Shown: one piece after another, positions 39,301-51,760 of the stretch
Layout: each line of letters starts with the position of its first letter
Numbering within the stretch: position 1 is the stretch's first letter
NCBI GenBank assembly: GCA_964016885.1
Contig: OZ024743.1
Span: 49,228,001 to 49,292,000 of the forward strand
Direction: 5' to 3'
DNA: 64,000 nucleotides
Origin: Eledone cirrhosa
Lineage: Eukaryota
Notes under the pieces: model-generated
Databases searched by the model: none
Told to the model about the DNA's origin: nothing
What the model saw: the letters and a program-made list of their open reading frames with translations, nothing else
Program-made: the position numbers and the translations under genes

Positions 39301-40905
39301 AATTTGATGAAAGCTATTGTTTCGCTCAATATTGAACAACTGCTTGAAGTTCATTTTAAATGTTTAACAGATTTCAATTTGCCAATTCCTGATGAAGAAA
39401 TGCGGCAACGTGTTTTAGCATTGAACATGAGATTGCAGCTTAGACGGTTGCCACTCGATCGGAGGGAACTATTCCAGTTTGATCCACTGGAACAGCAACG
39501 TATTGTGGATGAACGTATGCCAATGTTGGCCCAATCTCAGAGAGAATTGGTCGATGGCGTTCTCCACTCGATTTCCACTAATGAGCAACTTTGTGCTTTC
39601 ATAGATGCTCCAGGAGGCACTGGAAAGACATTCTGTTTCAACACTATGTTATCGACAGTCAGAGCTTAGAGGAAGATTGCTCTCCCTGTGGCCACCAGTG
39701 GGATCGCTGCCACTTTGCTGAGTGGTGGAAGGACCTTCCACTTATACTTCAAGGCTCCATTTGCTCCGGATGAGTTGAGTGTCTGTAACATTACAGGACA
39801 AAGTGAACTCGCGGGCCTTATACGCAATACGTCTCTGATTATTTGGAACGAGGCTCCAATGGCACACAGATATTTGCTGGAGGTATTGGACAGAACTTTG
39901 AGAGATATCTGCGGTAGTGACCTGCCATTCGGTGGTAACACTATCATTCTTGGTGGCAATTTCAGACAGGTGCTACCAATTGTTAGGAATGCTCAAAGAG
40001 CGCAAATTGTCGATGCATGTCTGAAAAAGTCCCCGTTGTGTCGCCATTTCAGAGTTTTGCGATTACACGATAATATGCGACTTTGTATGTTCGGGCAAAA
40101 CGAAGAGGCTGAGACATACGGCCGATGGTTGATGCAGTTGGGAAACGATGAATTGCCACATGTTGGTGATAATCAGACTGTAAGAATCCCAGACCATTTG
40201 CTCATGCCACTGGACCGCTAAGCATTGATTGACTGGATGTTCCCTAATTTGAATGCTTTTTGGCAGAATATCTCCTGGATATCGGAACGCGTTATTCTAA
40301 GTCATACGAATGCAACGGTCGATGAAATAAATTCACAAGTAGCCGGAATGTTTCCTGAAGAGGAATGGTTGACCGTCAGTGCGGATGCAATGGAGCCTAA
40401 TCAGCAGAACAATATGGATGTTCCGACTGAGTATCTGAATTCACTTCAAATACCCGGATTCCCCCCCCCCCCCACATATTTTGAGGTTGAAAAAGGGTAT
40501 GCCAATTATATTGCTTAGAAATATCAATCATAAAATGGGTCTTTGCAATGGTACCAGATTGATTGTTGAGAGGTTGATTAACGGAAGAGTTTTAGAAGCT
40601 AAACTCCCAGGCAGAGAGGACTCAGTTCTCATTTCGAAGATCATGCTGAGACCAAGTGAAGATCTGCTGCCATTTATTTGGCAAAGGAGACAGTTTCCCG
40701 TCAATTTGGCCTTCTCCATGACTGTCAACAAGGCACAGGGACAGACTTTCAAGCGAGTCGGTGTCTACTTGAATGATCCAGCATTCAGCCATGGGCAACT
40801 GTTGCTGCATCTCGAGTGTGCGATCCTGATGGTGTAAAATTTCCAATTGATACCACTAACAGAGGAACAACCCTGAATATTGTCTATAATGAAGCTTTGA
40901 GCTGA
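36315..40905 (+). pseudogene. Helitron RepHel (HUH Rep endonuclease plus PIF1-like SF1 helicase) pseudogene
   Basis: N-terminal 23-aa charged repeats. CPHCGALLW zinc motif. Rep motifs PDLFITVTCNP, IEFQKRGLPHAH, KYLFK(C). Helicase motifs GGTGKT, IIWNEAPM, GNFRQ, QFPVNLAFSMTVNKAQGQT, FSHGQL..SRV. Stops at 36970, 39667, 40219 and several frameshifts. Confidence 0.95.
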
Positions 40906-43639
40906 TGTATGCATATCTTTAATGCTATCAATAAGCGACATAAATGATTCGGACATTGGTGTCCTTTGATCAGTATTGTGAGCTTTGACAGAGTTATCAT
41001 TTATGTTCAATGTCATTTAATGTCGTTATGAGCAATAAAAACAAACAAGTATTGGTAAAAATTGCTTTCACTGCTATGTTGCGCAATAAATACCAACAAG
41101 TATTGGTAGAAATTGCCTTCAAATTTATCGCTTCTGATAGCGGTGGTAATAAAACCTCATCATATGCTGAGTCTGGCAAAAAGTTTGGTGCCTATGGCCG
41201 GCCAGGGCTAGAGTAATATTGAAAAACGATTCTATTTTCGAAGTAGAAGGATCCGCCATTTGGAGTTCAAACCAGGCCACCTCCCCGAGTTGAACTCTGG
41301 GCAATATTGACTGTCTATTACTCAGTGGCTGGAAATTACTGAATAAATTTTTGTGTCATATAATTTGTTGTTTTATTATTATAGTTGACCACTTATAGAT
41401 AAGCATGTTATCCATATCCATATTAATTTGGCATTTGTATAAACCATTTCAAGTAAATAGGGACCTTTTTTTACATTGACAGACATCTTTTATATTAATT
41501 ATCTACATATAATATAAAAGATTGGAACTTCCATCATCCTTTTGAGAAACGTGGAACAACCACGTCTATGCAATGATACATGTTTTACAGTCAGGCAGAA
41601 GATGAACCATCTCTTAGAGGTCACTATTCTAGGTGGGAGCACCTAGAATTGTTCATATACTATGCACAAACGGTACAACGAAGAATCTGGTATATCTGGA
41701 AGATTTATTTTACTGTTTTTGGTATCACACAGACGCCACGGATTTGTCTCATACTGTAACCAGACAAACATCCAATACAGTCATTTTCTCTTTTACCTGT
41801 CTTCTCTTATCATCTGTTTACCCGGGCGAAGCTGGGTACGTCAGCTAGTAGGAATAATTTGGACAAGTTCACATGTAGAGAATTTGGTTCATCAATATTT
41901 TGATACATGTATGAAAATATGGAGATGAGGAAGAGCTATAATTAAACATCTGTTATCATTGACTGTTAACAATACCCCCTCCTAACTAAGTTTTATTGCT
42001 ATTTCTGTTTTTATATTCTCCATATGTTGTCATGAATTATTTCTAGCATTTCACTTGATAACAACTCTCTCATTTATAGAAATGACTTCATGTCTAATAA
42101 GATAAACACTGAATTTACAAAATGTTGTTGACTAAAAGTAAAGTTGCAAAAGACCTAGGGTTGTACAGGATGGGATGATAATAATAATAATGACTTCTAC
42201 TTTCAGCACAAAGCCTGTCATTTTGGGGGTAAGGGGAAAGTCAATTAAATCGACCCCAGCACAGTACTGGAAAGATAAAAAACAAAGCTGATCTCGTTGG
42301 GATTTGAACACTGAATGTGTAAAGAGCTGAAAGCATTTTGTCTGAAGCCTTAATGATTCTGTCAAACCATCAATCTTTGAATAATGATTATTTCTACTTT
42401 TGGCATAAGGCCAGCAATTATTCCAGTGCATTACTGGTACTTTATTTTATTGACCCCGTAAGGATGAAAGGCAAAGCTAACCTCGGTGGGATTTGAACTC
42501 AGATCGTAGAGGCCCATAACTTCATGCTGCAAAGCATGGCGTCTGACCCTCTAATGGTACTGCCAATCCCCCACCATTCTTTGAATAATAATAATAATAA
42601 TATGAAAGGTAAAGTTGACTTTGATAGGATTTGAATTGAGAATGAAAAAGATGGAACAAATATTGTAAAGCATTTTGTCTCACATAATGATTCTGCTAAT
42701 AATAATTGTTTCTACTTTTGGCACAAGGCCAGCAAATAACCAGTGCATTACTGGTACTTTATAATAATAATAATGATGATAATACACAAAGAAAATGGGA
42801 ATAGAGTGTCTAGTAAAGTTATTGCAAACAGTTTGCCTTCTTGACACAGGATTATCAGAAAAGTACTAGATAGCTGAAGAGAACAAATAGCATGGTACCG
42901 TAGGCTGCATGTAGCAAGGCCGCTACTCATGCAAGTATCCAGGAGTTCCAACAAAACTTAAGATAAAAGAAATAACAATAATAACAACAACAATAAGTAG
43001 AAGGGTGTGGTTTACATTTCTGCCAATATCTAACTGTACATTAAGTTAGGAATTTTTTGTGTTATCACTAAAATACTAGCTTTCTAGTTTCTCTATTTGC
43101 AGCAAATTGACGGAGTTGTTAGAGCATTGAAGAAAATGCCCTACAGTGTTTCCTCTGGCTCTCTGTTCAAATCCAATCAAGGTCAACTTTAGCTTTCATC
43201 TTTCTGGGGTTGATAAAATAAAGTAGCAGTTCAAGGCGGCAGTAGATTGTTGGAATTATTAAAATATTTGATGAATGAAATGCCTGGTGGTATTTGTTTT
43301 TACTCTTTGCATACTGTATTAAAATCACACTGTGCCCTATTTGATTAGTAAACTTAATCTGTTGCCTGGTTTAACATGACCACCTAACTTTTGTGTGCCT
43401 TTAGCAAAGTTAGGCCAGCTCTCCTGTTTAAAGATACCTTCTTTCCTCCATCCCATCTATCTTGGAGACCCTGAAAAGTCCCTTTCTTCTCTAACAATAC
43501 AGTAAAAAGAAAAGAAAAGAAAAGAAAAAAAAACTTTGTTTATTAAGATATGTCTATCATATACAATATCTTTCAAGTTTGTCATATATTGATACCAACA
43601 GTAGATTGGCAGTATCGGTAGAGTGCCTGACTACATGCT

Positions 43640-43866
43640 TCAACCCTTTAGCATTTACATTACTTTATATTTACTACTATATTTTCATGGTAAAGGTTTT
43701 ACCTCACATAATTATCTCACATAATATCGAATCTATGAGATTTTGATATTATTTATTTTGAGAACAATACCTTAACATCAGTATGAGTGGTCGGTTATGG
43801 CCGGTTTAAACAAAAAGAGGTGAAAGAATTCTGCCGGATACGGCCGGTTTAAATCTGAAGGGTTAA
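43640..43866. mobile_element. piggyBac-like MITE nested in a SINE
   Basis: TCAA-CCCTTTAGCATTTA ... AAGGG-TTAA. SINE head lies upstream and SINE body downstream. Confidence 0.82.
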
Positions 43867-44715
43867 GACATATAGTGACATCTCTTTACATTCTGAGTTC
43901 AAATCCCACCAAGGTTAGCTTTGCCTTTCATCCTTACAGGGTCAATAAAATAAAGTACCAGTAATGCATTGGAGTCAACTTAATCGACTTCACCCTCCCC
44001 CAAAATTGTTGGCCTTGTGCTTAAATCAGAAACCGATATATAACTATTGATCACTGATTGAAACTCTTTCAGCCTCCCATCTTTATTGGATCTTTTGTTG
44101 CTCTTTTTGTTATTGTTGTGAATATATAAAATATTACTCTGAATTTGAGAATTTACTAGAGATGTTCAATTGGAAAAGACAGAGGCATGACTGTGTGGTT
44201 GAGAAGTTTGCTTTGGAGCCATGAGGTTTCGGGTTTGATCTAACTACATGGTACCTTGGACAACCGATGCTTTGTGAGTGAATTTGGTAGACAGAAACTA
44301 TAGGAAGCCCTTATCTATGCATGTGTGTGTGCATGCACGTGTGTATGCCAGTCATCACAGACCTCCTATCAACATCAAGCCTGCAGTGACAATTGTTTTA
44401 CGCCCCTCATAAGCCATGCCTGGCAACATTGTGGTCTGATACAACACCAAGAATATGGTATGATGCAACACTGAATCCTCGGTCCTTATCATTATAATAT
44501 TATACTCTGCTCTGCGCGAGCATCGAGTGCTCAACCGGCATACCACCTACGGACGCATTCTTGCAACCTTACAACTATATATATATACACAAACTCCCTC
44601 TTGCACCAGTGGCCAACCAATACAGGCTGGAGATAAAATGTGTAGCAACAAGGGCGGTGCCCCAGCATGGCCTCAGCCAGATGGCTGGAACAGGTAAAAG
44701 AGTATGTATATATGT

Positions 44716-44753
<38 letters not shown>

Positions 44754-44758
44754 ATATA

Positions 44759-46063
44759 CAAGGTGCGGACGATATTTGTTCGCAAGATTACTGTCTAGGA
44801 AAAAACAACACAGTTTTATTTTTTAAGATATATTTATCAAACTTTGGTCAGTTTGTCTTCATGACTTGTTCTTTCGATCTCACTCGATAAACCCGCCATT
44901 GGCTTTGATGACGGCCTCAAGGTGGCCTTGGAACCGGCTACAGGCCTTCGTCACTGTCCCCCGACTTAGGTCCCTAAAGGCACTTGTGATTCTGGCCTTC
45001 AGATCGTCTTTCGTATTGCAGCTAGATCTGTTGGTGTCTCGTTCCACTGCGCCCCACACAAAGAAGTCGAGGGGGTGACAGTCAGGCGAGCTGGGAGGCC
45101 AGATGTCAGGTGAAATGGGGTCGACGAAGTTCTCTGACAGCCAGGCTTGGATCTTTCGGCTGGTATGGCAGGGCACTGAATCTTGCTGTCACACGTATGG
45201 TCTACCTGCAGCTACCTGGTCGATCCAGGGCTTTTCTACCTCGCTCAGAACGCGGATGTAGCCATCGGTGTTCAGCTTGAGGCCCTCAGGGAAAAAGTGA
45301 GGTGGCATGACGTCACCTTGACTGCTGACGACTCCTAAGACCAATGTTGTTGCTGGAAACTTTATCTGCATGACTCTGGGCACGGCTTTGGATGAGACAG
45401 CGAGCCACCTGTTGTTCTGGGAGTTGATCTTCTGGTCTTGGCAGAAGTTTTTCTCGTCGGAGAAAAACCACACCATGTCTGGCGCCAGTGGGTGTTTCAA
45501 CTTGTTGATCAGCTTCTTTGCGTGCTTCAGTCGCTTTTCTTGCATCGCCTTTGACAGAAATTGTCCTTTCCTCATCTTGTATGAAACGTAGCGAATGTCT
45601 TCATGTACCACCAGCCTAATGAGCTTTTCATCCACACCTTTCTCCCTTGCAATGGCATGCATCGACTTGCTAGGTTCATTGTTGATGATATCCTGAACTT
45701 CAGCGACAAACTCGGCCATTCTGAAGGCATCAGATCGTCGATCATGTGTTTTCCTCTCTGATGTTGCTTTGTAGTCGAATCCTGAATCTTCCAATTCCTT
45801 TCTGACCTTTTCCACCATTCTCCTGTTGACGCTGAGAAAATCTGAAATTTCCTTATTTGACCTCCTAGCGCGGATTCCAAGAAAAACTCTGTGTCTCTTC
45901 CACAAATTTGGAGGTTCAAAATTATTCATAATCAATTATTCTGAAAATAAATAATGGAAATATAGTCACGGTTTTTATGAAGACAAGAGTAACAACGGAA
46001 GTAAAAAAAAATTTGCATAAAATTAGCAGTTGAAAATTGCGAACAAATATCGTCCACACCCTG
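44759..46063 (-). mobile_element. Complete Tc1/mariner-superfamily DNA transposon, DD37D (maT) type
   Basis: 27-bp TIRs CAAGGTGCGGACGATATTTGTTCGCAA / TTGCGAACAAATATCGTCCACACCCTG (2 mismatches), with TA on both sides. Confidence 0.93.
44880..45935 (-). pseudogene. DD37D transposase with one premature stop (45189-45191)
   Basis: FFSDEK (D1), RPYV*QQDSVPCH (D2), WPPSSPDCHPLDFFVW (D3). 37 residues counted between D2 and D3. Both ORF pieces are in the same frame. Confidence 0.9.
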
Positions 46064-46074
46064 TATATATATAT

Positions 46075-46378
46075 AAAAGGTTGTGAGTACAATTCTCAGA
46101 CCGGGTGATGTGTTGTTTCTTTGAGCAAGACACTTTATTTCACATTGCTCCAGTTTACTCAGCTGTAAAAATGAGATGATAGGGACTGGGGTCCATATCA
46201 CTCCACTGCAAAGTGGTCGTGGAGGTGCCACGGCAAAAAAGCACCCAGCACTCACTGTAAATGAGGTTGGTGTTAGGAAGGGCATCCAGCTGTAGAAATC
46301 AAGCCAGAATCAGTTCCCGTCCCACCCTTGCAAGCAGGGAAAAAGCGGACGTAAAAATGAAATGATGATGAATGATGA
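46075..46378 (+). mobile_element. 5'-truncated copy of the 8071-8415 SINE with RTE family-B tail
   Basis: Near-identical to 8113-8415. Confidence 0.88.
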
Positions 46379-46487
46379 TATATATGTGTGTATGTGTTTG
46401 TGTGTGTGCATACGCATATATGCACATACATATTCCAAAATGTTTGTAAGTACATGCATTCACATGTGTGTGTGTGTGTGTGTGTGA

Positions 46488-46518
<31 letters not shown>

Positions 46519-47442
46519 GTTAGTGTCATGTTCCTGTGGGGGTTTCTCCTGTATATTTACAAGATCATTAGTCAGTTTTGACTCTGTAAATGTACAGGAG
46601 AAGCTCCAGAGTGGCGGCATTGACTCAAACTTAACAAAACTATTAATCTCTACTATTATATTGACTATCAATACTTAAGACATATGGATGTGTGTGTTAT
46701 GTAATCTCACTATATCATGTACACTCTCTGGTATGTGATGAATCATTTCTTACCTTCGATGGATCAGAGGTCCACACACACATGTATTTATGTATGTATA
46801 TATCTTCATCATTATCATTTGACATCGTTTTTCCTTCTAGCAACGGTTGGACATGTATAAATGTATGTGTGTGTGTGTCTATATATATATAGTGAGAGAG
46901 AGAGAAATATCATCATCGTTATCATCGTTTAGCGTCCATTTTACATGCTTGCATAGGTTAGATGGGTTGTCGTCTTATGAGATAAGTCAGCTCAGGAGAG
47001 CATGTCTTGCTCATACAGATTTGTATTTTGGTTTGGTTTCTATGGCTGAATGCCCTTCCTAACACCAACCATGTTACAACATCAGTTTTTGTCTTAATTT
47101 AAGGTAAAACAAAATAAGTTGGGAGTCATTGAATTCTTGTCACCAAACTCTGATGTTTGAAAACAAGCATTCTCTTATATCTGTGAAATGGGATATTTTT
47201 GTTGTTCTTATCCCATACAGGCAGCTTTTATGACTCACAAAGTTACACTGTCTTTTCAGTTAACCAAATGTTATAGTATTTCTCTTCAAAGCATACCACT
47301 GTCCTGCCTTTCTATTCAGATTAGTTTCAAATGACTATTACCCACACCTGCTTCAGATCTATGATTTCATTCAGATTGTCTAAGGCAGTAATTTCCAACA
47401 TTTCTGTGAGCTTGTCACCCTATCTGTTTCACTATCCTTAAA

Positions 47443-47828
47443 ATAATAATGAAATTTGTGTATAGTGACCAGGTGCACTACAACTCATCAAATGTGCATG
47501 TATAGTACATAGAATAATATACAAATGTTAGGAAAGTGAACAGTGTATGAGTCATGATATACATACAGACACACATACATACACATACATGCATGTGTAT
47601 GGAGGGGGAATATCAGGTGTAGTGTTGGTGTATTTTGGAAAGCATGGAAGTTTTGAAGGATGCAGTATCCTGACAGCTAACAACTGATGCAGGTAGTTTG
47701 TTCCATGCTTCAGCAAATCTGAGTATGAAGAAATGTTTCCGGAAGTCACGGGAGCTGACTGTTTTCTGATTTTGTAAGCATGTTCACGGGTGTTAGACAC
47801 ATGGAATTCTAAAAGGTGCTCAGGGTAC
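47443..47828 (-). mobile_element. CR1-like LINE 3' end
   Basis: SNTREHAYKIRKQ and AWNKLP motifs. 3' UTR homologous to the two other copies. Confidence 0.82.
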
Positions 47829-49511
47829 TGACAACCTTATTGTACAAACCACTGAAGAATATTATCCTCATCCTAAACGTCATCATTTTTTTTCCTTTTC
47901 CATGCTGTGTGCGTGTCTATATATATATATAGTGAGATAGAGAGAGAGAAATATCATCATCATTATCATCGTTTAGCGTCCATTTTACATGCTTGCATAG
48001 GTTAGATGGGTTGTCGTCTTATGGACAAAACGTTTTTGAGGCAGTAAATGTATGACAATCTCTCCCCCCTCTCTCTCTGTACACGTTTATGAATAAGGTC
48101 AGTTAATTTTTGGGGAAGGGCAAAGTTGAATAAATAAACCCAGTACATGACTGGTACTTTATTTTATCGACCTTGGTGGGATTTGAACTCAGAATGTAAA
48201 GACCTGGAGCAAATACGACTAAGCATTTTTCCAATGCTCTACTAACTCAGCCAATCCACCAGCAACATCATTAACATGACCTTCACTGTGTAGTGGAAAC
48301 ATTATTGACAATATGTCATGGCTCCTTCATAAATTGTCTTCTTCTATAGCCCCAAGCTGACCTATGCTTTATGAGTGAATTTGATAGATGGCAACCGTAA
48401 GAAAGCCCGCCATGTGTGTGTGTCTGTCTGTCTCTCTCCATGTATGCCTTTGTGGTGACACCATTTAAGCAAACAATACTGTTTGTTTATGTACTTCACA
48501 ATTTACCACTGTTGAGTTAGATTGAAAAAGATCAGTAGCATAACTACTTAAAAATAAAGTATTGATTCATATCAAGAACTATATCTGGCTGTAAAAATAG
48601 TCTCATCCAACCCATACCAGCTTAGAAAACCAGATGTAAAAACAATGATGATATATGAGGGTTGGATAGATGGAATATTTGAGTCAGAATAGAATTTTTA
48701 CAAATAAACGAACATTTAAGAGCTAAACCCCCCCCCCCCCCCCCCCCCTTCTGATTTTTGAAAATGACAAAAGTTTCATTAAGTAAACTTGATATTTCTA
48801 TCATAAATATTTTTGGCTTTTAACTATTTCATATTTATTTCTTAACCTCACTATTTGGTGCAGTGTCAAGAAAAATGAAAGATTGATTAAAAAGTCTGGC
48901 ATATGAGGTTTTACCGGTTATATGTGAGATTTTAAGTGTATATATGTTTATTTTATTGTTTTTGTTATAAGTTAGTCAGATGAGGAGAGACTAGCTATGA
49001 CCTTTGCCGGCTATTGATGAGGTCACTTGTATATATATATATATGTGTATGTATGTGTATATATATATATACTTATGGTAAACATGTTGACTAAACAGGG
49101 TTGTGTATGCAATGCACCATTCAGTAAATAATGATTCAACGGCATGTTTTCAATTGATGGAGTATATATACAGCTTTCAAAGTCTTCATCTATCAGTATT
49201 GCAACTCATTGGGGTACACCCTTCACTTTGATTCCTACATGCTGTTGACTTTAATAATATATTAAGCTTGATGGAGCATACCAAAATAATAGTGGATTAT
49301 TTCATTCTCATTATTTCTATTACTATATATATATATATATGACACAGGTTCGAGATCTATGGCATTATTCAGTAATACAGAAGGCACACCTTCCCATGTG
49401 TATGGCTTGAAGCATACATCTAATATACACCACTTTTCCTTATACACCTCCCACTCCCTAACAACCCCTCCCGTATACCTCCTATACCCTAACACTCCAC
49501 CCACATCTTTA

Positions 49512-49726
49512 CATCATCATCATCATCATCATTTTACGTCCACTCTTCCCTGCTCGCAAGTGTGGGACGGGTCTTATTCAGCACAGCATCTCTCCACTCA
49601 TCACGGTCCTTCGTCATCTCCACCGTGAGCTTCAACGATCTGAGGTTTGTTCTCACCACCTCCACCCATGTTTTTTGTGGTCTACCTCTACCACGTCTTC
49701 CTTCAACTGGCATTTCCTGGCACTTC
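49512..49726 (-). mobile_element. Short 3' fragment of RTE family B
   Basis: Reverse complement matches 7627-7830. Confidence 0.88.
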
Positions 49727-49968
49727 TGGTTGGTTGGAAATAACTAAAGACATATACATAGTTGTGTTTATTGAAGGTACATAGCCTAATGGCTAAGGTA
49801 TTGGATGCATGATCATAAGGTTATAAGGTTTGTTTTCTGGACCTGTAGCATGTTGTTCTTGAGCAAGGTGCTTCATTTTATGTTAGTTTTCATAACAGAA
49901 CTGGGACACCTATTATTAAAACATCCAGGAAACTTCATAGGAGATGCAAACTCGTAGATTAGATGAAG

Positions 49969-51760
49969 TTGAGAGTAACGTTTCAAATTAGGCCCGTTCT
50001 TTCTTCAGATCTCAATATTTTTCACTTTGTTCAATATTTCTGTCCCTATGGTTGGGTGATTTCCTCATCTATTTATATGAAGCTCCTTCTTCATATCAGC
50101 TTGATGTACATTTATGTTTTATGAACATTAATTAAAAAAAAAATTAAAAAAACAGAACAGGGCTGTGCAATATGAACCTTTTAAATTGTATATAACTTTG
50201 ATGTGGGACTATTATGGAAGTTTTTGTGACAATAGGATTATTATGATAGTTATTATTATCATAGAAATCATCTCCATCTGTCTGGATTGAATAGGTCATT
50301 ATGGATCAGGTAAGTACTTAATCAAAGTTACTGTTCTCCTAGATATGTTGGGGAACCCCATCTCGCTGAGATGGTGCATTTTTTGGCATGGTTTCTATAG
50401 CTGAATGCTCTTCCTAACATCAACCACTTTACATTTTACTGTGACACCATCACTGGAGAGGTTGTTATGTCCTCTTTATTCAACATTGTTACCATTTGAA
50501 TACCTGTTACTATCATTATCATCAGCATTTCATGTTGCAGAAATGTAACGAAATAGGTGAAATTGAGGTGAGGAGAATTTAAGCTAGTTGTGTGTGTGTG
50601 TGTGACAGCTCACACTTATGCAGGTTTAGCTGGCCTCCTCCAAGGTATATCTTGTTGGAGGTGTCTAGGGTAATTTAATGATAGGGATCCCAGTCCTATC
50701 ATCTCATGTCTACAGTTGAGTAAACTGGAGCAACGTGAAATAAAGTGTCTTGCTCAAAGAAACAACACATCACCTGGTCCGAGAATTGAAGCCCAATGCT
50801 CTAACCAGTAAACCAAGCTAGTTGTATGTGTGTGTGTGTAGTTGAGTGTAAAGGAATTAATGATTAATAATAAACAGTTGGAAATTGGCTTGTTACTGAC
50901 CTGTCCAGATTGAAGTAGCATTGTAAGGGAGATAGTAGGTAGGATATCTATGATTATGGGAGTGATAGGGTTTCCAAAGAGAAAGTTGGAATACATTTAT
51001 AACACAAGACAGAATTTGATTCTGGTTAGAGTCAGTTTAGATTTTCTTCCTTTTGGGTTGACAGTTTCTTTTTTCTCAAATATTGCTTCTATTTGATTGT
51101 CTGAGGGATCAAGGTTGGTCCATATGGCCTTCTTAACCCTTTACCATTTACATTATTCTATATTTACTATTATATTTTCATGATAAAGGCTTTATCTCAC
51201 ATAATTATCTCACATAATATCAAATCTATGAGATTTTGATATTATTTATTTTGAGAACAATACCTTAACATCAGTATGTGTGACCAGTTACGGCCAGTTT
51301 GAACAAAATGAGGCAAGAGAATTCTGGCCGGTTTAAATGCTAAAGGGTTTAACTCTATTGAAGACACAATATTGACACTTAGTTGGGAGGACACAACAGT
51401 GACATCTGGTTGTGAGGACAGAACATTGACACTAGTCTTTGAGGAGACACCACTAATCTTGACTTACAGAGACCAATACTGACAACTGATTTTGAAAATC
51501 CAAACGAAAGTGTTTTTCTTAACATTTATGATATTCATTAGTATACTAACATTAATATAACCTCCAAAGATATTGATGGTTAAAAGGTTATCATCATCAT
51601 TAGTGTACTCTTTCCCTACCAGCAAGGGTTTGATTATTATGAGTGATTTTATATTCTGTGAGTAAGAATTATTTAAAAATAACAGCAAAAACTGATATTG
51701 TTTTGGACACTGACAAGTATTTTAACATTTAGTACTCTCTGACACCTTTGTATTATTTCT
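49969..51760 (-). mobile_element. Decayed Penelope-like element remnant (RT, GIY-YIG, terminal hammerhead-like motif), interrupted by SINE and MITE insertions
   Basis: Minus strand, in order: IKFCL..NVF and FGNPITPIIIDI (like MGSPLSPVLANI); VIYNLKGSYCTA (like VVYKIPC..C); INR..E..PTI..EILNK (like LNRDEG..W..IL); then CTGAAGA...GAAACGTTA flanked by TTGAGA/TCTCAA. Confidence 0.45.
51133..51351. mobile_element. piggyBac-like MITE
   Basis: TTAA-CCCTTTACCATTTA ... TAAATGCTAAAGGG-TTTA. Body matches the other copies. Confidence 0.85.

Larger units (their letters stand above)
35536..41848 (+). mobile_element. Complete Helitron (rolling-circle transposon), inactivated
   Basis: A|TC 5' end at 35536. 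3' hairpin TACCCGGGC-GAA-GCTGGGTA (41819-41838) then CTAG (41845-41848) followed by T. Encloses a RepHel ORF. The 5' boundary is less certain than the 3' boundary. Confidence 0.88.
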
